A stretch of 53,577 nt of DNA from Paramecium tetraurelia (taxonomy: Eukaryota), in contig CT867998.1 of assembly GCA_000165425.1 (NCBI GenBank), forward strand, positions 248,001 through 301,577, read 5' to 3'. Shown piece by piece: positions 28,744 to 40,100 of this stretch. The notes below the pieces were generated by a model that was not told where the DNA came from, did not search any database, and worked only from the letters and a program-made list of their open reading frames with translations. Every line of letters begins with the position of its first letter. The first letter of the stretch is position 1. A program made the position numbers and the translations under genes.

Positions 28744-30318
28744 ATGAAAATACTAGTGTTACTATCTATATTATAGCAAGTATTGCCTACAAGAGATGCA
28801 TATTTTGAAACAGGTAATAAAATCCTGTTTTTGGGTATCACTGATCATATATTGCATTTGGAATCATACCTTCCTAGATATATTGAGTTTTAATTCAACT
28901 TCTAGAAGACATTTGAAATAGCACCATAGGTTTTTGTATCATAAAATCATTTGGATTGGGAAAATTAATTGCCAAATGGATTTAGAGAGAGAATTAGTTT
29001 TGTAACAATCAAAGGTAAATTTATTATGCAAATAAAGGATTCAGAGTGCAAGTAAATGCTGTAGCAACAACTAAGCTTTTTGGAATAGGAATTTATTGGT
29101 TTGCATTTGATGATACAAGGTTGAAAGTTATTACTTTTGAATCAACTGACCTTTAAGATCTAAAAATTGGCTCAGGGGAAAGGAAAATATTTTTCACCAT
29201 TGATCATAATCTTCAAGACGCATCAGAGGGTTTTATCTCCTTATTAGGTATCAGATATATATAATTTAACCATATTTTGGAATTAAAGGTAATAATTATC
29301 AACAGCAATTTTAGGTGGAAGAAATAAATCCAAAAAAGTCGTTATCTCTGTTAGATGCTATCTGCAATCATAAATAGACTATATAAAGTTCAATATTCTT
29401 TTGGGTGCTGATTAATCATTATGGACATCACCTTCTTTAGCTTATATTGTTGATCCTAATTCAAATCACCCATTTGTAATTAGGCCAGGCAATGTGGCTG
29501 AAGTAACTGAATATATAGAATTCCCATAAGAATAGTTTAACGGTCTAACTATTCCAATTATTTCACTTATAACAATAAGAGGATATAATTGTGATAAACA
29601 ATATAACCAGAGATTATATACTATAGTAGAATTACAAAGTCCTTATATTAAAGCAACTTTGGCAAAATGTATACTTATATAATACAATAAGGGTGGGATA
29701 CATTAACTACTGAATTTTACTATTAGGTTGCCATTTATAATCCTAATTATATAATTAAAGATTAAAATTGTGCAGAGCTTTTCTCTGAATGTAACTATAG
29801 GGGCGATTCTCTGATTATTTGTGGAATTGTATCAGATATTTCGAGTTATGGATGGTCTCAACCAATTAAATCGATATCTGTTCCAACTGGTAAAACTTTA
29901 AGTCTTTTTCAATTGAGTAATTTTCAAGGTACAAAAAGTTCATTCAATTAAAATTAACAATGTATATCATCAATTAACAAATTATCTTCAAAACTCCAAC
30001 CCTTCATATCATTTATAAAAATCCTTTTTCTAAACACAGACATGAATAATAGTTGCTTGACTGTTATCTTTTATAGCTAATGCAATTATTAAGGAACTGC
30101 ATTTACAGTAAAACAAGGGTACCATTTATAATCCACAAATCAGATCCCTTTTGAATTTAAGTCAATCATACTATGTCCAAATATCATTGTTAAATTTAGA
30201 GATCCTAAATATGATGGAGGAGGAATAAATGAGTTTTCTTTTTCTTAATCATGCTTTGACAATTATTAGGTAAATCGTAATTCCTTATTAGTTCCCAAAA
30301 TATCGATAACCAAGTTGA
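28744..30318 (+). CDS. Secreted protein with H-type-lectin-like N-terminal domains and beta/gamma-crystallin-like C-terminal domains
   Basis: Signal peptide MKILVLLSILQQVLP. FQKTFEIAPQVFVSQNHLDW resembles H-type lectins. CAELFSECNYRGDS...IKSISVP...SNFQG and FYSQCNYQG...FKSIIL resemble crystallin Greek keys. Tiny introns; TGA at 30316. Domain calls are by eye. Confidence 0.72.
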
Positions 30319-31742
30319 AGTTATTTAATTTATCTATTAATTTTACAAATTATATAATGCTTCTTAAAATATTAAGAATCCTATTTCTCATTTTGCAGAA
30401 TTTCTTTAAAAATCTTTATAAGTTTAGGTATATGCTATTTTATTATTCAAAATTAATTTCTCTAATGATTGAGAGATGTAATAAACTGACAATAGATTTC
30501 ACTTTATTTTGCTTCTAATCCATATATATTTTGAAAAATTTAAATATAGCTTATAAACCCATAAGGCCAACAAAAAATAAATGTATTAACACTTCACTTT
30601 AAAGGAAAATTTGGGTTAATCTATAAAAAAATCAATTCTGAGAAAATACTAAAGTTACAGTTGTTTATTTTTATAGGCAATTTCACATATTCTAAAATGC
30701 ATTAAATTTTCTTTAGTTTAAGACTTTTGCATAAGCAAAATGTTTTTAACAATTATATATAAGAAAAGAATGAAGTTATGAACATCTGAATAAACAATAC
30801 TAAAAAGAAAAAATTTTTGAATTTCTAATTGTGAGTTTTGTATATTTTGCTTTAACTAATATCATCTTATCTCTATTTCCTTTTTATATGAGTAAATAGT
30901 TTGCCGTTTTCTATCTGAAGTTTTTTTTAAAAAGCAAATTAATTGCAAAACTTTATCGTGAATCCCTAAATTTTGGTTAATTCATCTTCTGTTAATTGCA
31001 TCATCATCATCCATTCAATTGTTCTTTTTTATCCAATATTATCGTTTTATATACTTTAAATTTTTTCTCCTATTATTGGAATTATTAAATATTTTCCTTA
31101 TTTCTCCTTGAATTAAGTTTATGTTATTCAGTTAATGCTGCTGGTATAACCTTGAATTTTTGGCCAGGCTTAATTTCCAATTTTTCTTTATCGTATGTAA
31201 CTATAAATCTTTGTGGAGATTTTCTTTGTAGATAAATTCTTCTAAATGATTCTCATCTATGCTTCCATAAATTGAATAGCCATGAGTAAATTTCAACTAA
31301 ATTTTTCCAATATACGAAATGATTAAAAGAGAATTACTTTTTAAGCCTAATCAAAGATAATATTATTGTGATTAAATAAAGCATTGTTTTAATTCAATAT
31401 GAATTTAAAAGATAATAGCTTATTCTTTTTATAATTAATCGATAATTATATATATCTTTCTATTTAAAAATATTTCCATCATATCCTTTTATTATATCTA
31501 TATTTTCTATATAATGATTAACTGATATTTATGCTGTTGATGTAGCAATTATTTCATCTATTTAATCTGCTCTAATAAGAGTCATACTTATTGACAAATG
31601 AAACTGAATTAATTTGATATCATTCTAGCCTTTATTAAATATCCCTTTTCATTTCTGGATTTTCAAGTCTGGCTATAACTGTGTCCCTTTACGACTCCAG
31701 TAATTAGGCTGGGGCTGTTAGAAGTAATAAAAATTTGGCAAT

Positions 31743-31916
31743 TCCCTATAGGGATAGGCTATGAAATTGGCGATAAAATATAAGTGATAAAATAGACGAT
31801 AAAATATAGGTGAGAAAATAGGCGAAGAATTATAATTTATAAAATAAAGGTGATAAAATAGGTGGTGAAATATAAGTGATAATTGGTGAAAAAATAGGAA
31901 AAGATATAGGTGAACA
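31743..31916 (+). repeat. Degenerate ~12-bp tandem array (consensus GGYGATAAAATA) preceded by the 12-bp palindrome TCCCTATAGGGA
   Basis: Visible units include ggcgataaaata, gtgataaaata, gacgataaaata, ggtgagaaaata, ggtgataaaata, ggtggtgaaata and ggtgaaaaaata. The palindrome is at 31743-31754. Confidence 0.75.
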
Positions 31917-34900
31917 ATTTTGTCCTTAGTTGATACTAAAAAATCAATTATCTTAATATTTTAAAAATTTGTATGATAAAATCAAAATTTTAAATAGGAT
32001 GATGTATTATTAATCAAAATATTCCTGAATTTTGATTAGATTTGTTTGATGGAGAAAGATTAGGATGTTTAGAATTTTAATAGAAATTTTTAACAATAAT
32101 TTTGGAAAAAACATAATTACATAATTTATGGAAGAAATTAATCTTAGGATATTTTAATTAATCAAATTACAATTTAAGAATTAGCATTTTTAATCAAAGA
32201 TTTATAAATATTGGTGCAAAATTTAGCACAATTAAATGTAATTTACTCAAATAAAATACTAAATTTTGGGTTCTGTTGTAAATTCAATAGAATACTTAGT
32301 AACACATCATTTCAAAGTTATTAAGAATGTTTTAAACATGCACCAAGGACTCTTGTAATAAAGCCTACCTGTTTATTACTTTAAAGCAACAACTACAATG
32401 ATTTTGATAAACTTTGTAATTTTTCATTTCAGTAACTAAGTGAGCTGATTGTGATAGTTTTTTTATTCTATCAGTGCGTTTAAGTATGATCAACTTGATA
32501 TTTTATTAAGTATCTTGGATAAGCATGTAATACTTGTTAAACTTACTGAAAATTCATTTTCTCATTATAAATCATCCTCTTCTTTTTATCGATCAGCTTA
32601 GACGAAAAATAAATTCAACCTAGTCTACTAATGCTTGTGTTGACAGTTCTGATAATTATACCCATGTCTTATCAGCATTCTTGGATGCCCTGTTCGAACT
32701 AATTTTTCATAATGTGATGCACTTTGGGCAGCGTAGATGCTATAATTAATGAAGAAAATGCGGATTCTACTTATGTTTAATTTCTTATGATCACAGGCAT
32801 TTAACTGCTTAGATGGCTACCTAAAACAATAAAACAACAGAGAGTTTATGAAATTACTCTCCTATGAAAATTTAAATTCTCCATCAATCTACTGTAAATA
32901 CGGCCTTATTATTCCTTAGCTTATTCTAACTCTACTTATTTCTCCTCTACTCATCCTATAAACCATCTCATCCATGCAATTGGTTTTAATTTAGCCATTA
33001 TTCACTTGATATGTTATTAAAAATGCGGCGCGTCCTTGTCTACATTTGGAATTAGATATTTTAGGCAAACTGATAAGTGTGCTACAATAATCTCTTTTAC
33101 TTTACTTGTAGCGTTAAGTGAGAACAAGAATAACATTTGTGTGATTTCTTATCTGCACTTAGAATGTACGAACAGCTTCAAAGGATGCTCATTAATTGTT
33201 GCTTTTATGCGAGATAATACATAACAATCCTTTAATAAAAGTTTGATATTTAATATAGTTACAACTATATTTCCATGTATTAATGTGAGTTATATTTAAT
33301 AGTAATATTTATACATATACACAATCAATTAAAGGGAACTTAATGCAACATTATAATGTGCATTTAATGTATTGTTCATGATTCGAAACAAAAATAAGAA
33401 TAATAATTAGCAAGCATGATTAAAACACGCGTGGCTTAACATTGAGCTCGGTCAACACAAAAAAATTGTATTTATTGTACTGCGTTCATCTTTAGATACA
33501 AATTGCATTATTGATACTCTTTTTCTAGTTAGTGTTAGGGCTGTGTAATTTCTTAGTAATAATAGTAATACCTATATTAATGAATTTATTATATTATTAA
33601 TTTACAGGGAGATATAGCCTAAGCACCAGTTTATGTAATGCAGCACCATATATAGGCAGAGCACATGTAACATATATGGTTAAAACAGACTTATTTGTGA
33701 GTCAAGTTGCATATTTTATTATGGCCTTAATCAAGGAGTACATATAGCAACAACCTAAGGTTGCTTTGAACATTTAGTATCTGGATGGCTGTGCAAATAT
33801 GAAAGAAGAGCAACCAGCTCAATACTTTTGCCTTGAATATTTATAAATAACTATTAAGAAGGCAAGTCCAATGTAGAAGAGAAGCCATCGAGACAGAAAT
33901 AGTAATATTATTAAAAGCTACAATAGAATTTCTAATCACTCATTGAGTCATCAAAAAATTGGGAGGATTTGCATTTACTTAGGAATTATCAAAATATATC
34001 GAGGGTGCAACCGCAAAATATTCTAACCCTTTGATGTTGAAATAATAAATTAAGAGGCAATATTTGCACGTTAAAGTAGCTTGAATGAATCCCAAGCCTA
34101 TATAATTTGACTTGAAGTTACTTAAATTTCCAAATTGATTTGAGCTAAATAGCGACTAACTTGATATCTAATAATGTCATGGAATTGTAAGCACAATTAA
34201 CATTTCCTTTCAGGTCAATTTGGACCTTAATATTATTCTGCAGTCCTTCAATTTACATATGTTCACAGATACATATCAGGTTATGAATGGAGTAGGTTCA
34301 TTAAAAGATACAAATATTTTATTATCAACAAGGTATTAACTCCATTTATTTACCTGATAGTATATTTTATGAAATCATGCTTTTCGTATCTTTTGAAAAC
34401 ATTATTGGTATCTGCATCACATCCTTTTCGTAGTTATGCTTAAAGAGGTGATAAATAGAAGCATGAATAAGATTCAGGAAAATTGAAGTTAATGTATCGA
34501 TCAAGGATCGACTACAGTACTGATAGGATAAATTGCAAAGATATGAAAAATATCATGATATCATCTACCAAAGTGTTAGTTTTGAACTACCTCCATTTGC
34601 TGATAATCCTATAATGTCAACTATATCGAGCCACATAATTGAAACTTAGTGACACAATTAAAACTATGGACGGAATATTAAATCGTTGATGAAATAAGGA
34701 ATATTTGATGCATTAAGTCAAAATTCAGAATATCAATCTAGCAATTTAGCCAACTATAATGTAATAATTTATATCAATTAGATTCACTATACTTAGGTGG
34801 TTGGCGATAAAAACATGTGACAGGATGGTTGAAGGCAACACAGTTAGAAGCCGCCAAAAAAGGTATCCTTATATGCTGTACAAAGTATCGAATGCATCAT

Positions 34901-35899
34901 AAGGATAACAGCTTATAGTTCCAGAACAGTTAATTTGGTGCAACTATTATATCAGATGGTTAAATTAGTTCAATTTTTGAAATTGCCAGATAAATTGTTG
35001 GACGAGTGTGTTTAACAAATACACCATTACTAAATCAGGTGAAACATAAAGTACAAAAAATGAGAAAAACTGTAACAAGGTTTATGTGATGTTATAAAAA
35101 AAAGTACAAAACTGTAAAGCGTTGAATGAATTTAAACTACTACAATACTTCTAGATGAACTTGATACACTACAGGCAGCCATAAAGAGATATAAATGAGA
35201 TATAAACATCTATATAACAAGGCATTGAAATTTGAGTAGTAGAGCTTTTATTATAGGTACTTAAAATCAAGTAGCTATTAAGATATTTTATACTTTTAGT
35301 TGGATGAAGGGTATTCGGATCAGCTTATTTAGTGAATATAAGAGGCTATTAGTAGAAGAATTGTTTATAAGACCACATTTAATTAGATGTGAAGAAAAAT
35401 CATAGGATTTTAAGAGCATTATAAAAAAGGTCAAGAAATAATTAGAAACTTTTGCTTAATTAAAACTTACAAATATCATAAAATAATGCATAAAAAAAAG
35501 GGTTGTATCAAAACAGAAATGCAAAAGCCACAAACATCAGTAATGTAACTTTAGGAATGCTATGATCCCTGTTGAATTCATCAACCAATCCTTAATTGCT
35601 AGCTCTAATCCAAAAAAACAGTATTGTCAAAGAAGTATCGTTAAATGGAATATTTAGAACCAGAATCAGAATAAAATGAATTAAGAATATCAATTACTTG
35701 CTGATATTGGAGTTATCACAATTTTAGGTTATATAAAAACTTATCTGTCACCGTTAAAATGGTTCAGCTATTTAAACAAATCCTAAGAGTTATTATTAAA
35801 GAAATATCCTCTTTGATAAGCTCAATAGTAGTTTGTACTTTTTATTGAGCAAGTAACGCGGCGTGATTAAGAGAAAAACAAAATAATAATAATGTTTGA

Positions 35900-37110
35900 T
35901 GATGAATATGTGTCATTGTGAATGGCCTCTTGAGAAGTCGAGAAGTTTACACTCGAGGCGCAGGAGTGTTTAAAAATATTTTCTGTGATCGAAAATTCTG
36001 GCATATAATGGGCAAAACATGAATTAGTTCACGGCTATCCTTTCGACTTCAATCTCAAAGAACACTATTCTCCATAATTCAAGGATTTTCTTAATCTGGA
36101 TCTGGGGCTCAGTCAGTATTTTAATAAAATGCTTCCACGACCCTTCATCTGTTACAGTTCTCACCACTATTAATCTAGTCTAAAGATTCTTGACGAAATA
36201 AAAATCAGTATCCGATGTATCAAATATAAGTTCCTCGCATTTCTATAGTGCTGTCGAGACTCTACTTAATTCCGAAATGCCACCATTGAATCAACTTTTC
36301 CATTTCCAGCTCCCTAACTATCTCAAGTAGCCTTTGAACGTCCGCCCTGGATCGTTGCAATTGCTTAGATACTCGTTAGTCCATCTAAAGATTCTTTTGT
36401 TACCTTAATAATTCTTGTCTAAATCCGACAACATTCTCTCCTCAATTATTCACTATTTTTGTTCATTTGTTGTTATTTATTTTAATCTAGTTTCTAAAAT
36501 ATTCTTCTTATTTATGAGCTTTCTATTGAGTTCTCTCGGCTGCTCTTTTTAATATGTGGGTTGATAATTTTCTTCCTTCCTACTGCTAGACAGATGTATT
36601 AAGACCAGTCTTATGTTAGTAGTTATATCGAACTCTGACTATGTCCTTATAGAATGCCTCAAGATATTCCATCTAATTCCTTCATAGTAAGCCGTGGCAA
36701 TATATTCCCAAGTCATCCTTCATCAAGTGGGTGTGTCTTCTTGCCCTCTATTGCCCCACATATTGCATGGTGTCTATCAGGGAATTGGTTCCATCCATGT
36801 AATATAAGTCTAGCCTGAATAATTTTAGGTATGACTGTTAATCCAAGTTTTAGGTGTGATACTCAAGGCGGCTCCCATTATAGCGTACTTGGAATATTTT
36901 CCATTTACTTCTGTGTTAATACCTATTTCCTTCATTCTTTGTTTCAGAAGTTTGTTTGCTCCATATGGCCTATCCCTGCATACCTTAAGCCATCTAAACT
37001 TCAAATTCTGGATCTGTCTCCCCTTCTTTAGGTCTGGATCCCGATGAATAACATTCTTAGAATCGGGTCCTCCATATTCGCTTTTTCCATAAACGACCTA
37101 ATAAGACATA
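35900..37110 (-). mobile_element. Degenerate Trp-rich ORF, copy 1 (retroposon ORF1/solo-ORF-like relic)
   Basis: Visibly GC-richer, purine-rich minus strand. One frame of ~400 codons with about 6 TGAs: ...MWGNRGQEDTPT**RMTWEYIATAYYEGIRWNIL...QKCEELIFD...SWKHFIKIL...IKKILELWRI. Homologous to 45967-46670. The element class is inferred. Confidence 0.5.
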
Positions 37111-40100
37111 AAACTGTTAAAAAGTCTAAATAGGTGGCTTATTAGGGTGATGTTGAATGCTACCAATAGGGGCTGCTCCTCTTAGAACCTGAATTGTATC
37201 TTTTTCTTGACATTCTGAATTTTCTAAAAATATTAAGGGTTGATACTTGGTAAACATTTTTAACAGTAGTTGGATATAAAATGCAATCTTAATATACAAT
37301 AAGCACATTTAAATAGTAACCAAAAGTAGTGTGAGTTAGACATTTATAAGGCGCTAGTATTGCATAAAATAAATATAGTCAATCCATAAGTCAAATTTGT
37401 GTCCGTCGGTGTGGCATGTATATCAAAGGAGCACAAAATGTTATACATTTTAGGGTTTTTATAATGCTAGCAGACTCAAATTAGGCAATATCTAAATTTG
37501 GCCATTAACAGTCTAAGCAAACATTATTATGAAGGATACATGTAGAAACTTGTGATTTCCGTGCTGTATTACTAGAGTCAGTGTGGTAGTTAGTTCATCA
37601 CTATAAACGCAGGATAAATAAATTGTATCATGCATGTTTTATCCTTACGGATTCATTTTGTTAATTTCAACTGACCTAAATAAATTCTAGGAATAACTTT
37701 ATAAGTACGAAAACTCTTTATTATAACGAATCTAACTGAGGTTGGTTATTGAAGAAAGGTAAGACAGAAACTTATGTATTAACAGTTTTGCAGATTCTTA
37801 TTCCCGATTAATTTTGATGGCTACCTAAGATAAAAATCAAGCATGAATATCACCAGCCACTATTTCTTGAATTATTTTAGCCTATTAATTTATCTAATAA
37901 ATTTGAAGTATAACTTGTTATACAAATAATTTCTAAATCTAACGCTTATTTCTGCAGTTCTTAGAATACTTATCTTTCATCCTAAGTAAAGCTTAAATTA
38001 TGCTATAATAATATGGAAGATCTAGGTTCAATTTTTCTTTAATTATAAATATAAAATTGGATCAATGAGTGCTGATATTTGTAGATTTCGAAATGTGTAT
38101 AGGTATTTAAAACTCACAATAATTATCTTAGATATATTAAAAAATTCAAAAGAGTTAAGGAGAAGGTCGTTTGCTGGAAATATCTTTACAATTTTTATTC
38201 CTTAGCCGTATAATCTATTAGTTTTTCATGCTAGATTTTGGTCTATAAAACTGTTTGAAAATTTAGATATGCATCAAACATCATCTACATTGAAGTCACT
38301 CTAAAGATATTTCAATCCACTTATTCATACTATTGAAAAGCCAAGAATCCTAATATTTGCTGGCGAAAATCAAATTCAACCACAATTACTGATTCCTAAT
38401 GAGAAAGATCCCGTACTTCATAAACCAATTAAGCATGTTTTTGTAAAAAATTAGAAGAAATGAAAGTAGGGGAGCAAAAAGTTCTTTGGTTGCTCATAAA
38501 AGGCATGAATTATATCAAAATTAAAAGCGTAGATTTGGTTAAGATTGATTACTAGAGGCCGCTTTACCGAATCAATAATCAAAAAAAAGATAATAAACAA
38601 TCTTAAAATTTCAAATAAAGAAGACAGAGATTTGGATTAAAACTTAAGACAATTCTGATTAAAATCAAAATGAAGATGATGAATAAGCTTTAAAAAGATA
38701 TTATTAGGTCATTATGTCGGAGAATATGTGGAATTAAGATGATATTATCTATCATATGCAGGAACTTAATCTTCAAATGCTAGGAGATAACTAAAGATTG
38801 GGAAAAGGAAGCCTATTTATTACGATCACATTTAAAGATGTAGATAAGTGAAAGAATTGAATTGGGTTATAGAAATAACCAGAAAACAACCTCTAATTTA
38901 AGTATTTGAGTTTGTTGAACTATGACTACTGTTGATAATCTAAGTTTATTATATTTTCAATGATACGAAGTTCGACAGAAAATAAATAAGTGTATGGAAA
39001 AAGGTTTATCGATGACAGGATGGAGGATCAAATATTAAAAGGCTAGCTATTTTAATACTATTGAGATTAAATTAAAGTCAAGACACTTTGTTTTTACCTC
39101 TGAATCTTAGCAAAAAATAGGATGCATGTGATAGGCAGGTTTGGAGCAATTAATTTTGCAATTAAAAAATTGCAATTAAATTTGTTCCTAGTTTACAGCC
39201 TTTTTATTAGTTAAATTGCCAACTTGCTTATTACCTTGAATGTTAGTTCATTTATGCTTTGTAAAAAAATTGCCAGCCTTTGGATTTTTCATCAATGATA
39301 TACATCCAAGTAAATCTAATTCATAGAATTTGTCAAACCTTTTTTAGTTGAAGACTCATTCCTGTCTAATTCTTGACTAATTTCTTTAACTAAATCTCAA
39401 GTCAAACCGCTATGTTTATTATTGGCTATTTACATCATTATACGGTAGGGTTTTATACAAATTTTGAGGTAAAAGTTGCAATTAAGTCATACTCCACAGT
39501 GGGCGTAATTCCACATTTAACTTACTTTTCAATGTCACCAGATTAATATCTCGTATTATTATCTTATGCCATTCTGAACAGGGTTTCAATTTCAGCTTGG
39601 CAGCTAAAAAATACTTAAGGGTAACAAGTTTTTTCAATATATGATTAGATGTTTAGTTTTTCTAACTATTTCTTATGGTAAAGGGTAGTTAAAAAAATTT
39701 TCATTCTAGTTTTTATAACATCTAAATAGTCCTCCAACTTTTTTCTTTGGGATTAAGAATTGTGATAGATTAAATCTAATTAGAGACTCTGTTTCTTCTT
39801 TCTGCAATTGCTTCAGTTTAGTTTCTAAATTTTAATTCTCTTCCAGTTGTTTGGGTGAGGTAATTTTGATTTTTTAAACTATCTTAGCTGACTTTAATTG
39901 TGTTTTGCTTTATATTGTATTTTGAGCTTTAATTATGGCGTTAACAGATAGATCATAATAGTGAATTACAGCCTCATAATTTAGGTAGTGTGAAAATGTT
40001 TGAATGAACCTCAAAGATATTTTTGAATCCTGGAATTTAAAAAACAACATTGAAATATCCACATATTATATTTTTTCAAACATTCTTAATTTTGCCTAAT

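Noticed and set aside
31743..31916. CRISPR-like array
   Set aside because: The units are ~12 bp, degenerate and directly tandem with no unique spacers. The context is eukaryotic and has no cas genes.
38460..38500. KQGSKKFFGCS resembling a GRF/topoisomerase zinc ribbon
   Set aside because: The other Cys ligands are absent and it is flanked by TGAs, so it is too short to support.
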